Shown in pieces: positions 30,267-40,094 of a stretch of 64,000 nt of DNA. The notes below the pieces were generated by a model. The model was given only the letters and a program-made list of their open reading frames with translations, did no database searches and was not told the origin of the DNA. This DNA comes from an uncultured Alphaproteobacteria bacterium (lineage in GTDB: Bacteria > Pseudomonadota > Alphaproteobacteria > CAAHEQ01 > UBA3637). Made by a program: the position numbers and the translations under genes. The stretch is from positions 6,385-70,384 of the forward strand of contig CALXUD010000001.1 in NCBI GenBank assembly GCA_944391585.1, written 5' to 3'. Position 1 is the stretch's first letter, and each line of letters opens with the position of its first letter.

Positions 30267-31310
30267 ATGCATCAGTTCATTAGAAAAATTGTGGCAGTTG
30301 CCAGTTTTGTTTTTCTATGCCCAACGGGGGTTGGGGCGAGCGAGATTCAAATTCAAACACTGTCAGATTTTTCATTGAGTTCATATGGAACACATGCGTT
30401 GACTTATCCCGATTTATGGGAAAAATCGGACAAAATGGTGGTTTACGAGTTATTGGACAAAATTGCAACTCGTTCGTTAAAACAGTCCGAAAAAGAAATT
30501 TTAGTGCGTTTGCTAACAGCTGATACAGGACCGTTTATTTGGTCAGATGTTCAAAATTCGGATGCTTTTTTAATAAAGCGAATGCAAACATTGTTTGATA
30601 TAGGCGCTTTTGAAGCGGTATATCAAACAGTGCAATCAATTGCATTAACGCAGCGATCTCAAGCTCTCTCTACACTTTTATTTGATGCTTTATTGATGAA
30701 CGGGCAGATTCAAGAGGCATGTGCTTTATTAGATGATAAAGAGCCTGTTTTAAACATAGATGAACGACGAATAAGTTGTTTGTTGGCACAAAACAAAATG
30801 GCCGAAGCGAGTTTGCAATATGAATTATATCGGGAAAACAAACAAGATGAATCGTCTTTTACAAAATTGGGTGATTATGTATTTCGCGGGAGGCCATTTA
30901 AAGTTGATTTGAATCAGCCCGTTTTACCGGAAACGATTTTGCTATGGATTGTTTATGGGCAAGTACCGACGGAAAATCAAAAAGCATGGGTCAGGGAGGC
31001 AGTACGTCATTTGAAGCCGGAGTTAATAAAGCAAGAGATTCCTTCAAAATCGGAAAATGAAAAAAGTTTTTCGCGTGCGGATTTGTTAAAATTACTTGAA
31101 ATGACACCGGAAATGCAAGCCGTTTATCCGATGGATTTATATCGGGCATTGGGGCAGGCAGCAGCGCAAGAACGGCGTGGAGAAGCGGTTTTATGGGGAG
31201 TTTTATTGCTTTCTCAATCTGATTTTTATCGGCCGGAAATTACAACTTTAATGGTAGATATGATGGGACAAAAGACGGAGCACTCGGAGCAAAATGAACA
31301 AACACATTGA
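30267..31310 (+). CDS. Hypothetical secreted protein (347 aa)
   Basis: Signal peptide (VAVASFVFLCPTGVGASE), helical repeat-like body. No family recognised. Confidence 0.5.
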   Translation: MHQFIRKIVAVASFVFLCPTGVGASEIQIQTLSDFSLSSYGTHALTYPDLWEKSDKMVVYELLDKIATRSLKQSEKEILVRLLTADTGPFIWSDVQNSDAFLIKRMQTLFDIGAFEAVYQTVQSIALTQRSQALSTLLFDALLMNGQIQEACALLDDKEPVLNIDERRISCLLAQNKMAEASLQYELYRENKQDESSFTKLGDYVFRGRPFKVDLNQPVLPETILLWIVYGQVPTENQKAWVREAVRHLKPELIKQEIPSKSENEKSFSRADLLKLLEMTPEMQAVYPMDLYRALGQAAAQERRGEAVLWGVLLLSQSDFYRPEITTLMVDMMGQKTEHSEQNEQTH

Positions 31311-32202
31311 GGCGTTTTTAGAAATGATGGCGGCTGAGCGTGGAGCTAGTTTACGTACGGTTGAAGCGTATAGACGAGATTTGGAAGACGTGGACGCTTT
31401 TTTAAAGGCGCGAGCAAAAGAATTGCATAAAGTAAAACGTGCAGATTTAGAAGCGTATATGCATACAGTGGTTCAAAATCATTTGTCGGCAAAAACGCAA
31501 AGTCGGCGTTTGTCTGCTATTCGGGAATTTTATCGGTTTTTATATTCCGAAGATATTATTAAAAAAAATCCGGCCGATTATTTATTGTCACCCAAAGTAG
31601 GAAAATCATTGCCTAAGTATTTAAGTGAATCGGAAATCGGACGATTATTAGATGTGGCAGCACATAAAAACAGGCGAATGAAAACATTGTTGGAAGTCTT
31701 ATATGCTTCAGGAATGCGTGTGAGTGAATTGGTTAGCTTACCCGTTAGTTCCGTTTTAAAGGATGCAAATAGTATTACGGTTATCGGAAAGGGTAATAAA
31801 GAACGTATTGTGCCCTTGAATGAGATAGCGCGACAAGCTTTGGATCAGTGGTTAATGTTGCGAGAGCTGTTGCTTAAAAAAGGGCGCACGAATAAATGGT
31901 TGTTTCCGTCAAGAAGTTCTTCTGGGCATTTGACACGAGATGGATTTTTTAAGGCTTTAAAGGAAATTGCTGTTGAAGCGGGTATTAGTCCGGAGCGAGT
32001 TTCTCCTCATGTTTTTCGACATTCATTTGCCAGTCATTTAATTGCACATGATGCTGATTTGCGATCGGTTCAAAAAATGCTGGGTCATGCCGATATTGCC
32101 ACAACAGAAATTTATACGCATGTTTTAGAGGACAGGCTGAAAAAGACGCTTGAAAAATCACACCCTTTGGCTTATAATCCCCCCAAAGGATTGGATAAAT
32201 GA
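31294..32202 (+). CDS. xerD: Site-specific tyrosine recombinase XerD (XerC/D family)
   Basis: N-terminal 'ERGASLRTVEAYRRDL', C-terminal catalytic 'RHSFASHLIAHDADLRSVQKMLGHADIATTEIYTHV' (R..H..R..Y). Confidence 0.85.
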   Translation: MNKHIEAFLEMMAAERGASLRTVEAYRRDLEDVDAFLKARAKELHKVKRADLEAYMHTVVQNHLSAKTQSRRLSAIREFYRFLYSEDIIKKNPADYLLSPKVGKSLPKYLSESEIGRLLDVAAHKNRRMKTLLEVLYASGMRVSELVSLPVSSVLKDANSITVIGKGNKERIVPLNEIARQALDQWLMLRELLLKKGRTNKWLFPSRSSSGHLTRDGFFKALKEIAVEAGISPERVSPHVFRHSFASHLIAHDADLRSVQKMLGHADIATTEIYTHVLEDRLKKTLEKSHPLAYNPPKGLDK

Positions 32203-33281
32203 AATTAATCAACAAATATATTTTAAAGCAGCTTATTTTGGGCTTTGTGTTAGTTTTGATCAGCATGATAGTCCTGATTTGGTTGATGCAGTCATTAAGA
32301 TTAATTGACATGATTGTAACAAAAGGCGTTTCTGTCGGTATCTTTTTAAAGATGACATTTTTTATTTTGCCGAATTTTATTCAGGTTTTGTCCCCCTTAG
32401 CTTTATTCGCTGTTGTTTTGTTTGTTTATGTACGCATGCAGTCGGATAAGGAGTTAATGGTTATGCGGGCAGCCGGAATGGATAATTTCCAATTGATGCA
32501 AGCTGCTTTAATTTTTGCGTCTTTTTTAACGATAATTGGGTATGCCTTAACACTTTATTTTATTCCGCAATCTAACATTGAATTAAGAGAAATGAAATGG
32601 AAAATACGTAATAATTTATCTCATTTGCTATTGCAGGAAGGACAATTTAACTCTTTTAAAGACGGGTTAACGATTTATGTGAAAGAACGGTTGGGGGATG
32701 GCCAGGTAAAAGGTGTGTTGGTATATGAAAATAAAGGAAATGGAAAAGCCTCCACAATGGTTGCGCAAGATGGGGTTGTTTTTCAGGAAAATGATGAAAT
32801 GCAGGTCGTATTGCATGAGGGAATTCGGCAGGAAGTAGAAGCAGATACCCAAAAGGTTTCTGTTTTGAAGTTTGATAAATATACAATGGTGTTTAATGAA
32901 AACCAACCGAATAAGACAGGACAAATCGGAGACCCTCGGGAATTGTCGTTAAAAACGTTAATTACAACGCCGGCGAGTGATAAAATTGCGCCGGCAACCT
33001 ATCGTAAATATAAAGTGGAAGCGTTAAAGCGGATTATTCAGCCGATTTATAATTTTACATTTGTGTTTATTGCGTTATGCGGGGTTTTAATCGGTTTTTA
33101 TAATCGGCGCGGTCAAATGGCGCAGATTAACGGCACGGTTGTTTTGGCAATCATAGTGCAATCATTGGCGTTGGCGTTTGAAAATATGGCCGGTAAAAAT
33201 TTGATTTTGATGCCGTTAATGGTTATCAATGTCTTTTTACCGATTTTAATTGTGTATTGGATTTTGATTAAAGGAAAAAAA
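32199..33281 (+). CDS. LptF/LptG-family LPS export permease portion of a reading frame that continues without a stop into lptD
   Basis: YjgP/YjgQ-type 6-TM permease signature ('MKLINKYILKQL...', periplasmic beta-jellyroll region, C-terminal TM helices). The frame continues in-phase with no stop codon until 35441. Confidence 0.7.
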
Positions 33282-35441
33282 ATGCGTTGGCCATGGAGAA
33301 AAATTGCAACTGTGTTCTTTATCTTATTGGGAGCGGCACAAACGGCGCAAGCAGCTTCATTCTTTAAATTGGAAACTCCGGATGTATCCAAAAATCAACC
33401 GGTGGATTTTGAATCCGATACGGTTTCGTATAATAATGAAACGGGAATGGTGACGGCGGAAGGTAATGTCGTTATTCAACAAAACGGGACGATTATTCGA
33501 ACACCTAAAATTATGTATGATCGTCAAAACAATCAAATCATTTCCACGGAGCCGGTAGAAACAACGTTGCCGGATGGCACTGTTACCATATCTGATAATT
33601 TAAAAATTTCGGGTGATATGAAACAAGCCGTGGCTGAAGGAATTGAAATTCGGTTATATGAGGGTAGCTTGATAAAATCTGAAAATTTGAAACGAACCAA
33701 TGCCGGACAGGATTTATATTTAAAAAATATTACATATACACCGTGCGATCGCTGTGAAGGAAAAGAGCCTTTGTGGCAATTGCGGGCTAAAGAAATGAAA
33801 CATGATAATGTAGACAAAACCATTCAGTATTATCACACTTTTTTAGATGTGAAGGGCTATCCCATTTTTTATTTTCCATATTTTCAAACGCCGGATTTCA
33901 GTGTGAAGCGTAAAACAGGTTTATTGACGCCAACATTTGGTAGTGGACGTGATTTGGGAACGTCTGTCGGATTGCCGATTTTTATTGATGTGGCAGAAAA
34001 TCAAAATTTATTAATTACGCCTGTAATATCATTTTCGCATGCCCCGTTGGGAATGGTGGAATATGATGGTTTGTTTAAAAAAGGAAAGATGCATTTAGAC
34101 ACAAGCGGAACACAAGATGATGATTCAAATGCAGAAGGCCATGTACGTGCTAATTTCGTATATGATGCCACTCAAAACTGGCGGTTGAACGGGCAGTATT
34201 TTCACGTGTCTAATGACACTTATTTTCGGCGTTATAATTTACCGGAAATTGATGATCAACAACCGTTTTTATATTCTAATTTGACGGCAGAGCGTTTTGA
34301 TAAAAACAGTTATTTCTCGATGGAAGCATTGGGATTCCAAGATTTGAGAACTATTCAATCGCGTAATCGGATTAAAACGGTTTTCCCGGCTATCAATTAC
34401 ATGTATCAAACCAATCCGTTTTGGGGGGATATGTATGCTTTTTCAAATATTAATTCGGCGTTTATTCAAGCAGATCACAGTTTGCGTTCGGATCGGATTT
34501 CTATTGAGCAAGGCGTTCGATTGCCGTATGTAAGTTCTTGGGGCTTAACATCTGATTTTATTGCATCCGTGCGTGGAGATGGATATTACATTGATACCGG
34601 TGCATATGGTTTTTTGGATAATTATGCAGACGATTCTTATTCTTGGGGGCGTATTTATCCGAATGTTTCATTGGAATTGAATTATCCTATGACGTATGTT
34701 TCCGAAAATGTTAGTCAAGTTTTTGAACCGATTATTATGGGGGTTTGGTCAACGAACAGCGGTAATTCAGAAAAAATTCCCAACTTTGACAGTTTGGATT
34801 TTGATTTTGATGACACTAATTTGTTTTCGCGCAATCGGTTTTCGGGTTTTGATCGTGTAGAAACAGGGATGCGCGTTAATTATGGGGCCAGGTGGTCTTT
34901 ATATGATTCGCAAGATCGTTCCATTTCGGCTTTATTTGGTCAATCATATCGACTACATGAAGATCAGAATTTAGGTGGTTTAATGGGAATGGATGATAAG
35001 TTTTCTGATTATGTCGGTCGGTTACAGGTGGATTATAAAGATTTATCGGTTGCTTATCGGTTTCGGTTAGCCCAAGATGATTTTTCTCCCTCTAAAAGTG
35101 AAATTACGGTTATTGGCGGGCGTGATCCGTTACGTTTGGGGGTTGATTATTTATATTTAAAGCCGATGCAATCCGGTGATTTTTATTTTGATAAACGAGA
35201 AGAAATTTTAGTCTTCGGTTCTTCTAAATTTTCAAAGCAATGGTCTGGAACGGCTTATTATCGATATGATTTAACCGAGAATGGTGGGCCGTTGGAAGGA
35301 GGATTTACCATTCGCTATGATAATGAGTGTTTAGCAGTTTTATTAGAGCTGCAAAAATCTTATGCGGAAGATAAGGATTATAAGGGCGATACATCTGTTA
35401 TGTTGAAATTTATTTTAAAAACGTTAGGGGGAAATGAATGA
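33282..35441 (+). CDS. lptD: LPS-assembly outer membrane protein LptD (OstA)
   Basis: Internal ATG at 33282 preceded by an AAAGGA RBS. Signal peptide MRWPWRKIATVFFILLGAAQTAQA. OstA N-terminal domain and ~600-aa beta-barrel region. Gene order lptD-surA-rsmA. Confidence 0.8.
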   Translation: MRWPWRKIATVFFILLGAAQTAQAASFFKLETPDVSKNQPVDFESDTVSYNNETGMVTAEGNVVIQQNGTIIRTPKIMYDRQNNQIISTEPVETTLPDGTVTISDNLKISGDMKQAVAEGIEIRLYEGSLIKSENLKRTNAGQDLYLKNITYTPCDRCEGKEPLWQLRAKEMKHDNVDKTIQYYHTFLDVKGYPIFYFPYFQTPDFSVKRKTGLLTPTFGSGRDLGTSVGLPIFIDVAENQNLLITPVISFSHAPLGMVEYDGLFKKGKMHLDTSGTQDDDSNAEGHVRANFVYDATQNWRLNGQYFHVSNDTYFRRYNLPEIDDQQPFLYSNLTAERFDKNSYFSMEALGFQDLRTIQSRNRIKTVFPAINYMYQTNPFWGDMYAFSNINSAFIQADHSLRSDRISIEQGVRLPYVSSWGLTSDFIASVRGDGYYIDTGAYGFLDNYADDSYSWGRIYPNVSLELNYPMTYVSENVSQVFEPIIMGVWSTNSGNSEKIPNFDSLDFDFDDTNLFSRNRFSGFDRVETGMRVNYGARWSLYDSQDRSISALFGQSYRLHEDQNLGGLMGMDDKFSDYVGRLQVDYKDLSVAYRFRLAQDDFSPSKSEITVIGGRDPLRLGVDYLYLKPMQSGDFYFDKREEILVFGSSKFSKQWSGTAYYRYDLTENGGPLEGGFTIRYDNECLAVLLELQKSYAEDKDYKGDTSVMLKFILKTLGGNE

Positions 35442-36604
35442 GAATAATAGGTTTATGTTTAGCTTTGTTATTATTGGCATCGGGAGGACAGGCGCGTTCT
35501 ATTGTTGCAACGGTAAATGATACGCCGATTTCATCGTATGATGTAGAGCAACGGGTTTTATTAATGCAGATGATGCGTCCGACATCTCAAGAAGAAGATT
35601 CTTTAAAAAAAGAAGCTTTAGAACAATTAATTAACGATACTTTAAAAATGCAGGAGGCAGATAAGAATAAATTCACGGTTTCAACCGAAGAACTGAGTGC
35701 GGCCATTCAACGTTTGGAAGTCCAAAATCAAATGCCGGCCGGCACATTGGAAAAAGAGTTGTCGGATCGCGGGATTTCAAAAAGCACCTTGGAACAACAA
35801 TTGAAGGCGGATTTAATGTGGTTGCAGGTGTTGAGACAACATAGAAATGATGTGCCGGATATAACAGATCAAATGATTCAAAATCGTATTCAACAGATGA
35901 AAGCAGATTTATCTAAAGAAAGTTTTTTGGTCGCTGAAATTTTAGTTAAAGACGAAGCGGAAGCAAATCGTGTGTTTGAAGAAATTAAAAACGGTTCTCA
36001 ATTTGATGCTGTTGCCAAACGTCAATCAATCGCAAAGAGTGCTGACAAAGGTGGTTTTATCGGATGGATTGAGGCAGATCACTATGAACCGGCTGTGATG
36101 GAAATTGTGCGTCAAATGCAACCCAGTCAACTTTCTAAACCGATTCAAACTCAAAAAGGATATTATGTCTTATTGTTGTTAGATCATAAAAAAGCAATGC
36201 CAGAACATGTAACAGTTTTAGAATTAGCGCAGTTGGCTGTTTTGCCGACTCAGACATTAGATGCGTTGTCGGCTTTAAGTAAGTTTTCTGATTGTGCTGC
36301 ATTTGAAGAATGGGGCAAAAAAAATGCGTTGCCAGAATCTGTCAAGCGCGGATTTGTTAACACAGAGCAGTTGCCTCCGAGCTTGGTTGAGTTATTGGAA
36401 AAACAAAAAATGAAAACGCCGGTTGGTCCGGTTTCCATGGGACAGGTAGATTTGTTTTTTATGAAATGTCAAGAGCAAGAACGTTCATTAATTCCGTCTG
36501 AAGAAGAGGTGCGCAGCCAGTTAGAAATGGAGCAAATGATGCTATTGACCGATCGTTTGATGCGTGATATCAAACGATATGCAGTTATTGAATACAAGGA
36601 ATAA
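35438..36604 (+). CDS. surA: Periplasmic chaperone/PPIase SurA (single parvulin domain)
   Basis: Signal peptide, SurA N-terminal chaperone domain, one rotamase domain. Start overlaps the lptD stop. Confidence 0.8.
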   Translation: MRIIGLCLALLLLASGGQARSIVATVNDTPISSYDVEQRVLLMQMMRPTSQEEDSLKKEALEQLINDTLKMQEADKNKFTVSTEELSAAIQRLEVQNQMPAGTLEKELSDRGISKSTLEQQLKADLMWLQVLRQHRNDVPDITDQMIQNRIQQMKADLSKESFLVAEILVKDEAEANRVFEEIKNGSQFDAVAKRQSIAKSADKGGFIGWIEADHYEPAVMEIVRQMQPSQLSKPIQTQKGYYVLLLLDHKKAMPEHVTVLELAQLAVLPTQTLDALSALSKFSDCAAFEEWGKKNALPESVKRGFVNTEQLPPSLVELLEKQKMKTPVGPVSMGQVDLFFMKCQEQERSLIPSEEEVRSQLEMEQMMLLTDRLMRDIKRYAVIEYKE

Positions 36605-36605
36605 A

Positions 36606-37418
36606 ATGAGCACGGTTAAAGAACGCGTTGAAAGATTTGAGTTAAATGCTAAAAAAACATTAGGGCAAAATTTTATTCTGGATACCAATTTATTAAACAA
36701 AATTGCCAAGATGGCTTTAATGGGTTTACATCCGAAAACCGTTATTGAAATTGGGCCGGGGCCAGGTGGGTTAACGCAAGCCTTATTAGAACAGGGTGTT
36801 TCGCTGATTGCCGTAGAAAAAGATGAACGTTGTTTGGCAGTTTTACAAGAATTAAAAGAATTATATCCGAATACATTTCAATTGTTGAATGCAGATGCTT
36901 TGGCGGTTTCGGAAGAAGAATTGGGAGAAGCTCCGCGGGTTATTGTGGCGAATTTGCCATACAATATTTCAACAATTTTATTGACAAAGTGGTTGGAAAA
37001 AATTAATCAATTTGATTCGCTGACATTGATGTTCCAAAAAGAAGTCGCGGATCGGCTTATGGCAAAACCGAATTCAAAAGTTTATGGGCGTCTTTCGGTT
37101 TTAACGCAATGGCTATGTCAAGTTGATGAATTGATGGTTTTACCTCCGGCAGTGTTTACGCCACGTCCCAAAATTATGTCTTCATTGGTGCGTTTAACAC
37201 CAAGAAAAAAAACGATATCGGCTGATTTTAAGACGATGGAACGAGTGTTAGCAATCGCGTTTAATCAACGCCGAAAAATGTTGCATTCCAGTTTAAAACC
37301 GTTAGGAAATGTGGATTTAATTTGTGAAAAAGCTTGCATAGACAGCACTTTGCGGGCTGAAAATTTAACGGTGGAAGCATATTGCCGTTTGGCTCAGGTT
37401 GTTTTTCAAGAGGGATGA
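36606..37418 (+). CDS. rsmA: 16S rRNA (adenine1518/1519-N6)-dimethyltransferase RsmA/KsgA
   Basis: 'LGQNFILD', 'EIGPGPGGLT', 'VANLPYNIST' signature motifs. AAGGA RBS precedes the ATG at 36606. Confidence 0.9.
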   Translation: MSTVKERVERFELNAKKTLGQNFILDTNLLNKIAKMALMGLHPKTVIEIGPGPGGLTQALLEQGVSLIAVEKDERCLAVLQELKELYPNTFQLLNADALAVSEEELGEAPRVIVANLPYNISTILLTKWLEKINQFDSLTLMFQKEVADRLMAKPNSKVYGRLSVLTQWLCQVDELMVLPPAVFTPRPKIMSSLVRLTPRKKTISADFKTMERVLAIAFNQRRKMLHSSLKPLGNVDLICEKACIDSTLRAENLTVEAYCRLAQVVFQEG

Positions 37419-37735
37419 TGCAAGGAATTCAAGTCGTTTCGGAAGGGATTATTTTATCAATACATGTTGTGCCGGGAGCAAAGCGTCAGCAGTTGATCGG
37501 TTTGTGGGGTGAAAATGCCTTTAAAATTGCTATCAGTGCTCCGCCGGTAGATGATAAAGCCAATCGGGCGTTAATAGAATTTTTATCTTTTTCCCTTAAA
37601 ATACCTAAAAGGAATATTTTATTAGTGTCAGGGAATACCGGTCGAGATAAACGAATTAAAATAGTGGGGGATGCTTCACAGCTTGAAAAGGAGATGGAAG
37701 AATGGATACGCAAATCATTGACGGAAAAAAAATAG
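37415..37735 (+). CDS. DUF167/YggU-family small protein
   Basis: 'IHVVPGAKRQQLIGLWGENAFKIAISAPPVDDKANRALIEFLSFSLKIPKRNILLVSGNTGRDKRIKI' matches the YggU pattern. Confidence 0.65.
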   Translation: MMQGIQVVSEGIILSIHVVPGAKRQQLIGLWGENAFKIAISAPPVDDKANRALIEFLSFSLKIPKRNILLVSGNTGRDKRIKIVGDASQLEKEMEEWIRKSLTEKK

Positions 37736-38553
37736 CGGCGGATATGCGCGCTCAATTAAAAAAAATTATTCAAACATTGCCTAAAAAACCGCATTTGGCG
37801 GTAATTTTGGTAGGAGATAATCCGGCCAGTGTTTTATACGTCAATCATAAAGTAAAAGCGGCGGAAGAAATAGGGGTTTTTGTTGAAGTACATCAATTTT
37901 CACCCGTAATGACAAATGACACGTTAGTTGAATTTATTCATGATTTGAATAAAGATGCGGATGTAGATGGAATTTTGGTTCAATTACCATTGCCGACACC
38001 ATTAAAATCTGATTTGATCATTCAGGAAATTGATCCCCAAAAAGATATTGATGGATTGCATTATGTTAATTTAGGGAAATTATTTGTCGGTCAACCGGGA
38101 ATTTTACCATGTACGCCGCAAGCTTGTTTAGCTTTAATTAAGTCGGCTTGTCCGGATTTGGAAGGGTTAAATGCAGTTGTTGTTGGACGTTCTAATTTAG
38201 TAGGGCGGCCGTTAGCGCAATTGTTATTGGATGAAAACTGCACAGTTACACAAGCGCATTCAAAAACCAAAAATTTAGCTCAAATAACAGCGCAAGCGGA
38301 TATCTTGGTTTCTGCAACGGGACAAGCTCATTTAATTAAACGTGAATATGTTAAAGAGGGGGCTGTTGTGATTGATGTGGGTATTTCTCGATTGGAGAAT
38401 GGTAAGTTATCCGGAGATGTGGATTTTCAAAACGTGTTGGGAAAAGCTGGCTTTATCACGCCGGTACCGGGCGGAGTCGGTCCAATGACGATTGCAATGA
38501 TTTTCCAGAACATTATTCAAATTGTTCAGAAAAAGGCTTGTTCAAAATCATAA
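37702..38553 (+). CDS. folD: Bifunctional methylenetetrahydrofolate dehydrogenase/methenyl-THF cyclohydrolase
   Basis: 'IDGKKIA', 'VILVGDNPASVLYVNHK', 'VVGRSNLVGRPLAQLL', 'PVPGGVGPMTIAML'. Confidence 0.92.
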   Translation: MDTQIIDGKKIAADMRAQLKKIIQTLPKKPHLAVILVGDNPASVLYVNHKVKAAEEIGVFVEVHQFSPVMTNDTLVEFIHDLNKDADVDGILVQLPLPTPLKSDLIIQEIDPQKDIDGLHYVNLGKLFVGQPGILPCTPQACLALIKSACPDLEGLNAVVVGRSNLVGRPLAQLLLDENCTVTQAHSKTKNLAQITAQADILVSATGQAHLIKREYVKEGAVVIDVGISRLENGKLSGDVDFQNVLGKAGFITPVPGGVGPMTIAMIFQNIIQIVQKKACSKS

Positions 38554-38585
38554 GCCATGATAAAATGAAAAAACAGGAGGCTTTT

Positions 38586-39323
38586 ATGAATAAATTATCT
38601 TCTTTCATCCTGTTAGTTGTTTTGTGTTTCGTTGTTACGAGAGTATCGGCGCAACATGCTACTTTTTCATATATGACATTTCCGAAATTCACAACACAGC
38701 AAGCAACGTCTGCGGTTCAAAAATCTATTCTGGAAGCTACTGAAAGCCTCTCAGTGGAACAGTTATATACCATGGGAGAGGAAGGTTTGGGGGATTCCGG
38801 AACGGCAACAATGGAATCGTCGGTAGAAGGGGTTACCTTGACAATGCCGGTTCCAACGTTTGTAAATGAAGATATCGGTTTAACAACAGATGTTTTAAAA
38901 GAACCGGAAAAATCTGTTGAAGTCATTAAGGAAAATGTGCAGATGCCGACGCAAGAACAAGCGATGAAAATGACGACGGAAGAATTAAACCAAAAAGCAA
39001 AAGCAATTGCCCAATTACAAACAGATGTTACACGAGATGCTTTAGCCGTAGCACTGGCAAATGTCCAAATTTCAGCTGAACAGGAAACTCGTCAAAAGGA
39101 ATTGGAAGAAACAATTGCCCGATCAACAACGTTGCGTGGAGATATTCAAGCGCGTTCCAAAGCGGCGTTAAGTGTTTTGGGAGAGGTCAATCGATTATTG
39201 GGTGTGAGTTCCAAATATTTGGGATTAGAAGCGGCGCATGCTTTGAGTTCAGCTCAATCCAGTTCAGCAGTTGGGGGGCAAACAGCTGAAACGGATACAC
39301 AAAAAACGGAGAACGCTTCATGA
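38586..39323 (+). CDS. Secreted alpha-helical/coiled-coil protein (246 aa), first gene of the T4SS-containing operon
   Basis: AGGAGG RBS. Signal peptide MNKLSSFILLVVLCFVVTRVSA. Q/A/E-rich helical body. Linked to the next gene by an ATGA overlap. Confidence 0.6.
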   Translation: MNKLSSFILLVVLCFVVTRVSAQHATFSYMTFPKFTTQQATSAVQKSILEATESLSVEQLYTMGEEGLGDSGTATMESSVEGVTLTMPVPTFVNEDIGLTTDVLKEPEKSVEVIKENVQMPTQEQAMKMTTEELNQKAKAIAQLQTDVTRDALAVALANVQISAEQETRQKELEETIARSTTLRGDIQARSKAALSVLGEVNRLLGVSSKYLGLEAAHALSSAQSSSAVGGQTAETDTQKTENAS

Positions 39324-40093
39324 CAATAAAAGGAATGAGCTTTTGTTTATTAGGAGGATTGTTTATTCCAATGGTGGCGTTTGCGTGGCCGATTAAAGAT
39401 TTACAAGGGTTTAAGTCTTTAACGATGGAAAGTGCAGCGCAAGAAGGTGTTAAATCTGTCCAAAATCAGTTGAATAATACAACAGATCAATTGTTAAAAA
39501 TAACCGGCGATTTAGGAAATTTGAATTTTTCTCCTCAATCTTTGTTTAGCACCAATAATAATCCATTGGTTGGAGATATAAAGCCGATTAGTATTTCTGT
39601 CCCATCTTTGGGACTGGATGGAGAAGCGGTTAAAAATACATTTGTAACGCAAGGGGTGTTAAATCAGACCACATTTATGCCAGTAGGAGCGGCGGCTCGT
39701 AATTTGACGACAGATCAAAAAGAAGCGATTTTAGCGCAACAGGAAAAGTTGTCTCAAAATTTGGCTGTTCAAGGTGTTGCAAAGGCAAATGTGGATAAGG
39801 CAAGTGCCGTTCAGATTACAGAAAAAGTTGATGCGGCAACAAAAATGATTAACGCGGCAAAAACCGAAAGAGAGGCAACGCAAGCCTATGCGCATACAAC
39901 AGCAGCATTAGCAACAAATTTTAGTTCTGTGGTGGATAAAGCGTCTGCTAATTTAGCAATTGTTTCATCCGTCCGTTTATCCAGTATTACACAAGTCGCT
40001 GAAATTGATCAAACAACAGAAGAGTCAACCCTGGCAGATGAATCTACGGCAGGGCAAGAAACTTCTTCCTCTTCGGAAACAACAGGAGGTTAA
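39320..40093 (+). CDS. Secreted protein (257 aa), T4SS-operon associated
   Basis: Signal peptide MSFCLLGGLFIPMVAFA. N/Q/A/T-rich body, S/T-rich tail. Confidence 0.55.
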   Translation: MTIKGMSFCLLGGLFIPMVAFAWPIKDLQGFKSLTMESAAQEGVKSVQNQLNNTTDQLLKITGDLGNLNFSPQSLFSTNNNPLVGDIKPISISVPSLGLDGEAVKNTFVTQGVLNQTTFMPVGAAARNLTTDQKEAILAQQEKLSQNLAVQGVAKANVDKASAVQITEKVDAATKMINAAKTEREATQAYAHTTAALATNFSSVVDKASANLAIVSSVRLSSITQVAEIDQTTEESTLADESTAGQETSSSSETTGG

Positions 40094-40094
40094 A

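Noticed and set aside
31294-32202. xerD as an integrase marking a genomic island boundary for the T4SS locus
   Set aside because: The N- and C-terminal motifs are those of housekeeping XerD (dif recombination). It is 6 kb from the locus with lptFG/lptD/surA/rsmA/folD in between, and no att-like direct repeats or tRNA were seen.
32199-35441. Treating the 1080-aa ORF as one ordinary protein
   Set aside because: It is clearly two well-known proteins (an LptF/G permease and LptD) in one frame. An internal RBS plus ATG and the LptD signal peptide argue for a separate lptD start, so it is reported as two features plus a finding.
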